From the NCBI GenBank assembly GCA_947588355.1, contig CANPYI010000007.1:601-64600 (forward strand): DNA of 64,000 nt. Reading direction: 5' to 3'. Positions 56,469 to 64,000 of the stretch are shown here, in pieces (the stretch's first letter is position 1; each line of letters begins with the position of its first letter). The notes under the pieces were generated by a model. The model was given only the letters and a program-made list of their open reading frames with translations. It had not been told where the DNA came from and searched no databases. A program made the translations under genes and the position numbers. The stretch is from an uncultured Clostridia bacterium. GTDB lineage: Bacteria > Bacillota > Clostridia > Christensenellales > UBA1242.

Positions 56469-56771
56469 TTATGACAAACTTTCAAAGAACGCAATAGGTT
56501 TTGATTTTTCGGTCAAGGTTACTATCGCTTTTTTATAGTCACTTGTACGACCTTCCGTTCTTCCTTGTCTTGTGTTTTGAGATTTTTTGTGCCCTTTCAT
56601 AACAAGGGTGTTGACTTTTGCCACTTCAACATTAAACATTGTTTCAACTGCACGAGCAATTTCAACTTTGTTTGCATCTTTGGCGACAATAAAGCTGTAG
56701 ATTTTGTTTTGTATTCCGCCGTAAGATTTTTCAGTAAGAAGTGGACGAATGATGATTTCGCTTGCTTCCAT
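56469..56771 (-). CDS. rplW: 50S ribosomal protein L23
   Basis: 100 aa typical L23. Confidence 0.93.
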   Translation of the reverse strand: MEASEIIIRPLLTEKSYGGIQNKIYSFIVAKDANKVEIARAVETMFNVEVAKVNTLVMKGHKKSQNTRQGRTEGRTSDYKKAIVTLTEKSKPIAFFESLS

Positions 56772-57394
56772 TATTCTGCACCCTCCTCTAAGAATTTGAT
56801 TGCATCAAGTGTGAGAACAATATTTTTGTTTGCAACAACTTCATATGTGTTGAGAAGTTCCACATTCACAACGTTGATTGTTGGGATATTGTCAGTTGCT
56901 CTTAATGTTTTGTCTGTGCTGTTTGTGGAAACAACCAAAACAGAGCCATTAAACTTGAAAGCATCCAAAAATTTTTGAGCATTTTTTGTTTTTCCGTCTT
57001 TGATATCAAATTTGTCAAGTACGGTCAGATTTTTGTCCGAAACTTTTGCAGAAAGTGCGCTCACCAAAGCGCCATATTTTTTCACTTTGTTCACTTTCTT
57101 TGAAAAATCTCTTGGTTTTGGAGCAAAAACAACTCCGCCGCCTCTGAATTGTGGCCCTTTTGTTGAGCCTTGTCTTGCATTGCCTGTGCCTTTTTGTCTG
57201 TAAGGTTTTGCAGAATGACCTCTCACTTCACTTCTTGTCAAAGTGCTTTTGTTGCCCTGTCTTTGATTTGCATTGTAAGCAACAATCACTTCATGAATCA
57301 GAGGTTCGTTATATTCAGCGCCAAAGATTTCTTTTTTAAGGCTAACTTCGCCAACTTCTTCGGCTTTCATATTGAAAACTTTAACCTTTGCCAT
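56771..57394 (-). CDS. rplD: 50S ribosomal protein L4
   Basis: 207 aa, ...[15 protein letters not shown]. Confidence 0.95.
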   Translation of the reverse strand: MAKVKVFNMKAEEVGEVSLKKEIFGAEYNEPLIHEVIVAYNANQRQGNKSTLTRSEVRGHSAKPYRQKGTGNARQGSTKGPQFRGGGVVFAPKPRDFSKKVNKVKKYGALVSALSAKVSDKNLTVLDKFDIKDGKTKNAQKFLDAFKFNGSVLVVSTNSTDKTLRATDNIPTINVVNVELLNTYEVVANKNIVLTLDAIKFLEEGAE

Positions 57395-57408
57395 TTTTAT
57401 CTCCTAAA

Positions 57409-58026
57409 TTACTTTACAGATTGTCTGATTGTAAGGATTGCGCCCTTTGCACCAGGAACATTACCTTTGATCAAAAGCAAGTTTCTGTCTGCATCGACTT
57501 TTACGATTTCCAAGTTTTGAATGGTCACTCTTTCGTTGCCATATTGTCCTGGCATGTGTTTGTTTTTAAACACTCTTGATGGAGATGAGTTTGCACTCAT
57601 TGATCCAACTTCTCTGTGAACAGGGCCAGTACCGTGTGTCATCTTAAGACGATGTTGATTCCATCTTTTGATAACACCTGAAAATCCGTGACCTTTTGTG
57701 ATGCCAACAACATCAACTCTGTCCTTTGCAGCAAATGTGTCTGCTTTGACAACACTGCCAACTTCCAACTCGCCGTCAAGAGCAAGTTCTTTCAAAACTT
57801 TGCAAGGTTCAACCTTTGCTTTGTCAAACAAGCCTTTTTCAGGTTTTGTGACATTTTTCTTTTTTTGATCGAAAGCACAAACGTATGTGTTGTAGCCATC
57901 AACCTCTTTTGTCTTTTTTTGAACAACTGTTATTGGACCAGCCTCAACAACAGTCACTGGAATGACCAAACCGTCTTCGGTGAAGACCTGAGTCATGCCA
58001 AGTTTTTTACCAATAATTGCTTTCAT
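57409..58026 (-). CDS. rplC: 50S ribosomal protein L3
   Basis: MKAIIGKKLGMTQVF start chosen. Confidence 0.95.
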   Translation of the reverse strand: MKAIIGKKLGMTQVFTEDGLVIPVTVVEAGPITVVQKKTKEVDGYNTYVCAFDQKKKNVTKPEKGLFDKAKVEPCKVLKELALDGELEVGSVVKADTFAAKDRVDVVGITKGHGFSGVIKRWNQHRLKMTHGTGPVHREVGSMSANSSPSRVFKNKHMPGQYGNERVTIQNLEIVKVDADRNLLLIKGNVPGAKGAILTIRQSVK

Positions 58027-58036
58027 GTCTTCCTCC

Positions 58037-58345
58037 TTACAGTTTGATGCTAATCTCAACGCCGGCAGGAAGTTCCAACTTCATAAGAGCGTCAACTGCC
58101 TTGGCATTTGGACTATAGATATCAATAAGTCTTTTGTGGGTTTTGCTTTCAAATTGTTCTCTTGAATCTTTATCCTTGTGAGGAGAACGAATCACAGTGA
58201 CCACTTCTCTGTCTGTTGGAAGTGGAATAGGCCCAGAAACCTTTGCACCGTTCTTTGCAGCAGTGTCGATAATTCTTTTGCACGCTTCATCGATAAGTGT
58301 GTGTTCATAGGCTTTAAGTTTGATTCTCATTTTTTGATTTGCCAT
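58037..58345 (-). CDS. rpsJ: 30S ribosomal protein S10
   Basis: 102 aa, [15 protein letters not shown]... Confidence 0.95.
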   Translation of the reverse strand: MANQKMRIKLKAYEHTLIDEACKRIIDTAAKNGAKVSGPIPLPTDREVVTVIRSPHKDKDSREQFESKTHKRLIDIYSPNAKAVDALMKLELPAGVEISIKL

Positions 58346-58625
58346 TTTTGTTTTTTACCTCCATGTAATGTTGCTTACCAACAGTGTTGCATTTTCTTTG
58401 CGGATTTGTGTTTTTGCAACTTGTTCCCACAAACAAGTGTTGCTCCGAACACTACCCCGTGTGTGTCATGCTGTTTGACTTAAAAAAATGTCACTTTGGT
58501 CGCCTCAGGTCGTTGCCCGAAACTTGGTCCACGCAAATTATCTTCTCACCGCTTGAATAGGTGTAAGCAACCTTGCGTTTCGCACCCGATGACCATTACG
58601 CGATACACTCGCATAATTGACAGCA
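58346..58625 (-). promoter_or_regulatory. Long (about 280 nt), comparatively GC-rich 5' leader of the S10 operon (candidate r-protein autoregulatory leader)
   Basis: Lies between a consensus promoter and rpsJ; contains local hairpins and a 9-nt 5' segment (GUUGCUUAC) complementary to GUAAGCAAC, whose 3' end lies 10 nt upstream of the GGAGG SD. Confidence 0.45.
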
Positions 58626-58630
58626 CGCTT

Positions 58631-58659
58631 ATTATAACACACACCCCACCGCTTGTCAA
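58631..58659 (-). promoter_or_regulatory. Consensus sigma-A promoter of the S10 operon
   Basis: Minus strand TTGACA-17 nt-TATAAT (exact consensus). Confidence 0.75.
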
Positions 58660-58748
58660 CCGTTTTATAGAACTTTTTCAAAGTTTTTTCTTACAATTTT
58701 GCGTTGAAATAGAGAATATCAAAAAAGTAAAAAATTTTGTGAAATTTA

Positions 58749-58777
58749 TTGACAAAGCAAAACTTATTTGCTAAAAT
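58749..58777 (+). promoter_or_regulatory. Promoter of tRNA-Asn
   Basis: TTGACA-17 nt-TAAAAT about 30 nt upstream of the tRNA. Confidence 0.7.
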
Positions 58778-58808
58778 ATTGCAGTATCTTGTTTGAAGAT
58801 GCATATAT

Positions 58809-58883
<75 letters not shown>

Positions 58884-58890
58884 AAAAATT

Positions 58891-58912
58891 ACTGCGGAGA
58901 CGCAGTTTTTTT
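58891..58912 (+). terminator. Terminator after tRNA-Asn
   Basis: ACTGCG-gaga-CGCAGT + T7. Confidence 0.8.
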
Positions 58913-58932
58913 GTTCTAAAAACCTTGTGTTT

Positions 58933-58994
58933 GCATCGCAAAGCGATGCACTTGCTATGCAAGTAACAGCCACCAGTGGCGGAACGCAAAGCGT
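58933..58994. repeat. Cluster of four short perfect hairpins with a recurring GCAAAGCG core
   Basis: GCATCGC-aaa-GCGATGC, ACTTGC-tat-GCAAGT, GCCAC-ca-GTGGC, ACGC-aaa-GCGT back to back. Confidence 0.6.
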
Positions 58995-59055
58995 AACGGA
59001 GCAAAGCGGAGGAATAAACAAGGTGATAACCTCAAATCAGGTGTGCAAGTAAACT

Positions 59056-59083
59056 AAAAAAGCAAGGCAAAACCTTGCTTTTT
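59056..59083. terminator. Terminator downstream of the ABC exporter gene
   Basis: AGCAAGG-caaaa-CCTTGCT with flanking A5/T5. Confidence 0.75.
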
Positions 59084-60961
59084 CTATATGTTTTCTGCCA
59101 AAAACATGGCTTTAAACTTTTCATTACGCGCAAACAATTCGTCAAATGTTCCTTCATCAACAATAATGCCGTTGTCAAGAAAGAATATGTGGTCAACATT
59201 TTTGATTGTTGAAAGTCTGTGTGCAACAATGACAATTGTGCTTTTGCCCTTCAATCCGTCTATACTTTTTTTCACTTCGTTTTGAGCAAAGTTGTCAAGA
59301 GAAGATGTACTTTCATCAAAAATAATGATATTGGAATTTCTTAAAAGTGCCCTTGCAATAGCCAAGCGCTGCTTTTGACCGCCGGAAAGTTTGATACCGC
59401 TTTCGCCTACCTGCGTGTCAATCCCTTTTGGCAAACTTGAAACAAATTCGTCCAAACTTGCCTTTTTGATGCTGTCCCAAAGTTCTTCATCTGTGGCATC
59501 GGCCTTTGCAAGCAGCAAATTTTCTTTTATAGTCATGTCAAAAATGTAAGGAAATTGATTGACAAGTGAAATTGTGGAACGCAAAGTTTGTTTGTCCAGA
59601 TCTTTTATATCCACACCATCAATCAAAACTTGACCGCTGTCCGCCTCGTACATTTTGCTCATAAGATTGAGGATTGTCGATTTTCCGCTTCCACTTTTTC
59701 CAACAAATGCAACTGTGGTGTTTGGAGAGATTTTGAAAGACAACTTGTCAAAAATTTTGTTTTCAGAGACCAATTCTTTTTTCTTAGGTTGTTTTGTATG
59801 CTTTTTAAAAAATCCCCCCCCCGCATTTTTCTGCGGCTGGTTCATACTTGGATATTCATATTCACGGAAAGTGTAGGAAACATCTTTAAATTCGATTGTT
59901 CCTACAACATTTTCAAGTTTTTCAACTCCAAAACGTTCAGTAACAAATTCATCTTCGTCAAAAAGTGCCGCCATACGCTTGTGACTGACTTTTATGTCCA
60001 CAATGCTGTTTGTAACGCTTCCAATACCCGAAATGAGTGTCCATAACGATCCACGATTGGAATAAATTATCATAAATGTAGCCAAAGTCAAAAGTCCAAG
60101 ATTCATAAGATGAATTCCAAGCAACAACACCAACATTGTTCCTATGCCAATAACAAAGTTTCGTGAAGACCAAAATTTTAAATCAGAAAGATCCATTTTG
60201 TATCTTGCTTTGCGATAATCTTCGTAATTTGTCCTGGAAACGTCCGAAAGTTTTTGCTCCAAGCCTAAAGATTTTATGTCTTTTTCACTTCTGACAATTT
60301 CGGTGGTCAGAGAGTTGATTTTATCATTTTTTTGACGAACAACAAATCTGTTTTTACGGCGAATTTTCACACGATAGTATTCCAAAACAAAGCCAATCAG
60401 CACAATCGCCAAAAGACACAGCGACACCCAACCATTAAGTGTGGTTATATAAATCAACATAACCACAGATGTGATCATTTCAAACAAAATGTCCACAACT
60501 GTTGCAAGTTGATCAACGATTCTGGCAGGATCCTCAACAATTCGCATAACAAATGTACCGGTGTCGTGGTCGTTGTAGGTCTTTGAATTCAGTTTGAAGG
60601 CTTGCTTTGCAAGGTCAAGATTAAGATTTGCCATTATTTTGTTGGAATATTTGAAATAAATCCAAGATATTGTATACCAACAAAAACGTTGCAAAACAGC
60701 TATTGAAATTGTAATCAAGCCTGTGATAAGCGCTTTGTGAAAGTCGGGTGGAATCGTGACTGTTTCGCTGACAATCTGTGGAGTCACATACACAATAACT
60801 TGTGCAAGCAAAATAGTGAGAAGAATGTCACAAACGCCTGCAACAATTGTCAAAAAGAAATACAGAAAAATCCAGAATTTGTATTTTGATAAATATTTTC
60901 CGAGTTTAAATTCGTTCTGCTTTTTCTGTGTTTGATTGTTTTCAATAATATTTTTACTCAT
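59084..60961 (-). CDS. ABC exporter, fused permease/ATPase (MsbA/multidrug type) with an insertion at the start of the NBD
   Basis: 625 aa; 6 TM helices, GKSGSGKST Walker A, LSGGQKQR signature, IIIFDESTS Walker B; contains a G9 tract (plus-strand C9 59814-59822). Confidence 0.9.
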   Translation of the reverse strand: MSKNIIENNQTQKKQNEFKLGKYLSKYKFWIFLYFFLTIVAGVCDILLTILLAQVIVYVTPQIVSETVTIPPDFHKALITGLITISIAVLQRFCWYTISWIYFKYSNKIMANLNLDLAKQAFKLNSKTYNDHDTGTFVMRIVEDPARIVDQLATVVDILFEMITSVVMLIYITTLNGWVSLCLLAIVLIGFVLEYYRVKIRRKNRFVVRQKNDKINSLTTEIVRSEKDIKSLGLEQKLSDVSRTNYEDYRKARYKMDLSDLKFWSSRNFVIGIGTMLVLLLGIHLMNLGLLTLATFMIIYSNRGSLWTLISGIGSVTNSIVDIKVSHKRMAALFDEDEFVTERFGVEKLENVVGTIEFKDVSYTFREYEYPSMNQPQKNAGGGFFKKHTKQPKKKELVSENKIFDKLSFKISPNTTVAFVGKSGSGKSTILNLMSKMYEADSGQVLIDGVDIKDLDKQTLRSTISLVNQFPYIFDMTIKENLLLAKADATDEELWDSIKKASLDEFVSSLPKGIDTQVGESGIKLSGGQKQRLAIARALLRNSNIIIFDESTSSLDNFAQNEVKKSIDGLKGKSTIVIVAHRLSTIKNVDHIFFLDNGIIVDEGTFDELFARNEKFKAMFLAENI

Positions 60962-60987
60962 AAAAAAACCTCCGCTGATTGATTTTC

Positions 60988-61051
60988 GCGAAGGTTAGAT
61001 GTCTTTTTTTTCCCCCCCCCGCAAAGAGAGGAATTTTTGGCACACCTTCGC
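60988..61051 (-). promoter_or_regulatory. Leader inverted repeat enclosing a G9A8 tract (candidate attenuator) upstream of the ABC exporter
   Basis: GCGAAGGT (rc of 61044-61051) pairs with ACCTTCGC (rc of 60988-60995); plus-strand T8C9 at 61004-61020 lies in the loop. Confidence 0.4.
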
Positions 61052-61052
61052 A

Positions 61053-61094
61053 TCAAGAAATATAAGAAACATAAACATTTTCTACTATTTCCAC
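61053..61094 (-). CDS. Candidate 13-codon leader peptide (MEIVENVYVSYIS)
   Basis: GTG start 9 nt after AAGGAGG; stop codon ends 1 nt before the 5' arm of the leader inverted repeat. Confidence 0.35.
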   Translation of the reverse strand: MEIVENVYVSYIS

Positions 61095-61129
61095 GAGAGT
61101 GCACCTCCTTTTCAACAAATTATGTTATA

Positions 61130-61159
61130 TTTATATCAAAATACGCCAATATTTGTCAA
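61130..61159 (-). promoter_or_regulatory. Promoter of the ABC exporter leader
   Basis: Minus strand TTGACA-18 nt-TATAAA. Confidence 0.55.
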
Positions 61160-61176
61160 TACTTTTTTCAAAAAAA

Positions 61177-61851
61177 TTAAATCTCTCTGTTTTTATCTTC
61201 GTTGATTTCTTGAGTCTTTTCCAAGTCTGCACACATTTTTTCTATTTTATCTTTTTTGTCATATACCTTTTCTTTGATAAATTTTGTCAAATCTGGAAAC
61301 CGTACAAACAAATCATTGTTTATTTCGCCTAAATCGGATTCTGGATTTTTTGCATAATAGTCAGCAATTATCTCTTCAATTCTCACAGGGTCACAATCCT
61401 GGTTTCTGTCCTGAGCAAAATATGCCTCTTTTGGCAACAAGCCATTCATGTTTGGATAGTAATGTCCTTTTCCTTGCATATCAAAACGGCCTATCACCAC
61501 CCCGCCATCGTTTAAGATGTCATAAACCTCGTTTTGTCTGTGAGCAATATACAAACCTTCGCCATAGATTGTTTTGTCAAGAGACAAAATTCTGTCATAT
61601 GGTATATCTTTGATTTCTTCCTTAAATAAGTTCCCTCTTGAGCGAATTTTTGACACCGATTCAGTTCGTTCAACAAGAACTTCTTTTTTCTGCATTTTTT
61701 TGTGGAATTTGAAAACAGAAAAAAGTTTTGCAATCCCGCTGCCTTTAGTTTGCACTTGCTCTGTCACTATGTCGAAAAATCTGTAATGTATATAAACTAT
61801 TCCGTTGTTTTTTAAGGCATTTTGTATGTATTTTATGTCAATCCGTTCCAT
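61177..61851 (-). CDS. Hypothetical protein
   Basis: 224 aa ORF, no recognisable motif. Confidence 0.55.
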   Translation of the reverse strand: MERIDIKYIQNALKNNGIVYIHYRFFDIVTEQVQTKGSGIAKLFSVFKFHKKMQKKEVLVERTESVSKIRSRGNLFKEEIKDIPYDRILSLDKTIYGEGLYIAHRQNEVYDILNDGGVVIGRFDMQGKGHYYPNMNGLLPKEAYFAQDRNQDCDPVRIEEIIADYYAKNPESDLGEINNDLFVRFPDLTKFIKEKVYDKKDKIEKMCADLEKTQEINEDKNREI

Positions 61852-62034
61852 ATTTCACTCTTTTAAAAGCGATAAATTATATCATTTATTGTTTTCTATG
61901 TCAATATAACGTCGAATTTAAAAAAAATATATCAATTTTTTACATAAAATTTAAAAAAAATTGCAACTTAATAATAAATCCTTAAATTTCTTGCGATTTT
62001 GCTGAAAAAAGGAAAAAAATAAAAGGAGAACAAT

Positions 62035-62562
62035 ATGAAAAGAAACTTGCTTACAAAATTTGCTTGTCTTGCATTGGTGGTGCTTGCAACGTTAAGTTTT
62101 GCCGGCTGCGGAGAGATGCAAAACTACATCACAACAGAAGGAGCAACACTTTCAGATGTAAAATTTGAAAACTCATCAGATTTTCAAATCAAGAAAGTTG
62201 ACGAAAAAACCTTCAAAGCAACCGGCTCTGCATCAAAATTCAGTCAAGAACAAGCAAGTGCATTCGGCGGCTCAGTTACAACAGACAATTATTACGTTGT
62301 TGTGACTGTAAAAGCAGAAGAGGGACAAACTGTAAAAGAAAAGTTCTTTAAAGCGGAAGATGTGACTGACGGCAACTACGACATGACAAAAGCAAAAACC
62401 GACACCGCAGATGAAACGGGCTCTCACTGGATTTTAAACCTCAACTCAACATCTGAAAAGTGGCTTTGCGTGTTTGAAGTTGAGCCTACCACAGAAGGCG
62501 AGCCAACCATCTACACAATTGATTTTTCTGGCGTGAAAGACTCCCTCAAAAAGCAGGCCTAA
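62035..62562 (+). CDS. Lipoprotein, function unknown
   Basis: Signal peptide with lipobox LSFAGC; AAAGGAGA RBS. Confidence 0.75.
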   Translation: MKRNLLTKFACLALVVLATLSFAGCGEMQNYITTEGATLSDVKFENSSDFQIKKVDEKTFKATGSASKFSQEQASAFGGSVTTDNYYVVVTVKAEEGQTVKEKFFKAEDVTDGNYDMTKAKTDTADETGSHWILNLNSTSEKWLCVFEVEPTTEGEPTIYTIDFSGVKDSLKKQA

Positions 62563-62564
62563 CC

Positions 62565-62598
62565 AAAAAACATATGTCGATATGACATATGCTTTTTT
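62565..62598. terminator. Bidirectional terminator
   Basis: CATATGTC-gatat-GACATATG hairpin with flanking A6/T6. Confidence 0.7.
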
Positions 62599-63151
62599 AT
62601 TTGACAACTCTCAGGTCACCGCGTTGATACAAACTTTCCTTATTTGAAAAATCCTCACCTTTTTTGTAACTTTCATTGATACCCCTGACATCTTCTGCAA
62701 ATTTGCTTGAAAGTTCTTTGTAGTATTTAATTTCGTCAATGAAGGCTTCACAATTCAAATCAAAATAATCTAAACAATTGTCATCTAATTTCTTAAGATG
62801 TGTGAAGTCTGTGCAAGAGATTGTGCCTTTTTTGGTTATTCTTCCAAGAAAACGAACTTCTTCACAAACTTCTTTGTAAAACAAGAACATATTTTTGTAA
62901 AGATTGTTGAAATTTATGTATGTGTTTTCCAAAAGTTCGCCAAAAGCCTTGTATTTTTGACTGATAGTGTTTGTTTTGTCTTTTGCAACAATATTAGAAA
63001 AAAGTTTAAGTACCTTAAAAAGCAAGCCATTGACATCATCAGCCAAATCGAAGGCGTTTTTTAAATCTTTTTTTATATCGGCGAAATACTCTTCAGTTTG
63101 CGAAACATACAAGTGATTTGCCGCATAGTCGATATTATAAATCTCTGCCAT
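62597..63151 (-). CDS. Hypothetical helical protein
   Basis: 184 aa from MAEIYNIDY behind AAGGAAGGA; no recognisable motif. Confidence 0.55.
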   Translation of the reverse strand: MAEIYNIDYAANHLYVSQTEEYFADIKKDLKNAFDLADDVNGLLFKVLKLFSNIVAKDKTNTISQKYKAFGELLENTYINFNNLYKNMFLFYKEVCEEVRFLGRITKKGTISCTDFTHLKKLDDNCLDYFDLNCEAFIDEIKYYKELSSKFAEDVRGINESYKKGEDFSNKESLYQRGDLRVVK

Positions 63152-63349
63152 ATTTATCCTTCCTTTGAAGGATTGTAGCATACCTCCCCCGATTTGTCAA
63201 TACCCAAAATTCAACTTTTTTTCGCCAGTCATCGACACCCTCACGCTTTGACTGTTTTTCTCGGACTCGGGAAAATTGTTTTGCAACACAAAACGGCACA
63301 CTTTGTGTGCCAGAACACTGCGTTTTTGAAAAAGAAAATGTTTTTGCAA

Positions 63350-63375
63350 CAAAAAAGCAACCTCGTGCGGTTGCT
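63350..63375 (-). terminator. Terminator at the end of the rRNA operon
   Basis: Minus strand GCAACC-gcacga-GGTTGC + T6 just downstream of 5S. Confidence 0.75.
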
Positions 63376-63383
63376 TTAATGAT

Positions 63384-63500
63384 AACCAGCAGTGTTCTAT
63401 TTTCCCGGGCCGTCGCCAGCCAAGTATCTTCGACGATGAGAAGCTTAACTTCTGTGTTCGGGATGGGAACAGGTGGACCTTCTCTCTATCGCCACTGGTT
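63384..63500 (-). rRNA. rrf: 5S ribosomal RNA
   Basis: Reverse complement reads ...CCAGTGGCGATAGAGAGAAGGTCCACCTGTTCCCATCCCGAACACAGAAGTTAAGCTTCTCATCG...; ends approximate. Confidence 0.9.
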
Positions 63501-63649
63501 TGGTATTATTTCAACTTACGTTGGAATAAACAAGTATAATTGAATATTGCCTTAAAAAGAAAGGAGGATAGGATAACAGACAATATTCAATCAGAGAAAA
63601 AGTTCTCTGACAACTACATATTGGAAGAAAGAAGCCTAATGCTAAAATC

Positions 63650-64000
<351 letters not shown>

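Noticed and set aside
63194-63543. ORFs 63194..63379 and 63307..63543 (+).
   Set aside because: They overlap the rRNA operon terminator and the 5S rRNA gene on the opposite strand, so they are non-coding.
63501-63649. Inverted repeats in the 23S-5S spacer: TTGAATATTG...CAATATTCAA at about 63541-63590 and TCAGAGAA-aaag-TTCTCTGA at about 63591-63610.
   Set aside because: These are the ordinary rRNA precursor processing stems expected in a 23S-5S spacer.

Overview
AT-rich chromosomal segment from a Firmicutes/Clostridia-like, probably spore-forming, bacterium (spoIIE, cwlD and whiA are present). Most of it is conserved core genome on the minus strand. 82-9889 holds rpe-rsgA-rlmN-fmt-def-priA, rpoZ, a mazF-type toxin pair, acpS, recX, a yigZ-like gene and tyrS. 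27.4-42.3 kb holds tkt, pfkA, dnaE, whiA, a dCMP deaminase and murB. 42.4-58.3 kb holds the complete S10-spc-alpha ribosomal protein cluster, rpsJ through rplQ, including secY, adk, map, infA and an unlisted rpmJ. After that come tRNA-Asn, an ABC exporter, and the 5S and partial 23S end of an rRNA operon. The accessory parts carry the interesting signals. (1) At 22.1-25.7 kb the 5' end of cwlD plus its divergent promoter region is present three times. Both truncated copies break at the same junction sequence, and each module drives a different cargo gene: an ankyrin protein, a MuF-motif/DUF6883-like plus DUF4926-like pair, and an orphan. All cargoes end in the same hairpin terminator, and no recombinase is visible. 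(2) Two of these paralogous promoters carry C7 and C9 tracts in the -35/-10 spacer. The ABC exporter has further C9 tracts in its leader and inside its CDS. (3) The last 23 codons of the GGGtGRT-family gene are repeated twice more downstream of its stop codon, and almost all differences are synonymous. (4) Smaller oddities include two A6-tract frameshifts near gene starts, structured RNA-like insertions between secY and adk and upstream of rpsJ, pseudo-enzyme versions of a YugP peptidase and a shikimate kinase, and extended ribosomal proteins. No CRISPR array, transposase or integrase was seen. All homology calls come from motif recognition by eye, not database searches.
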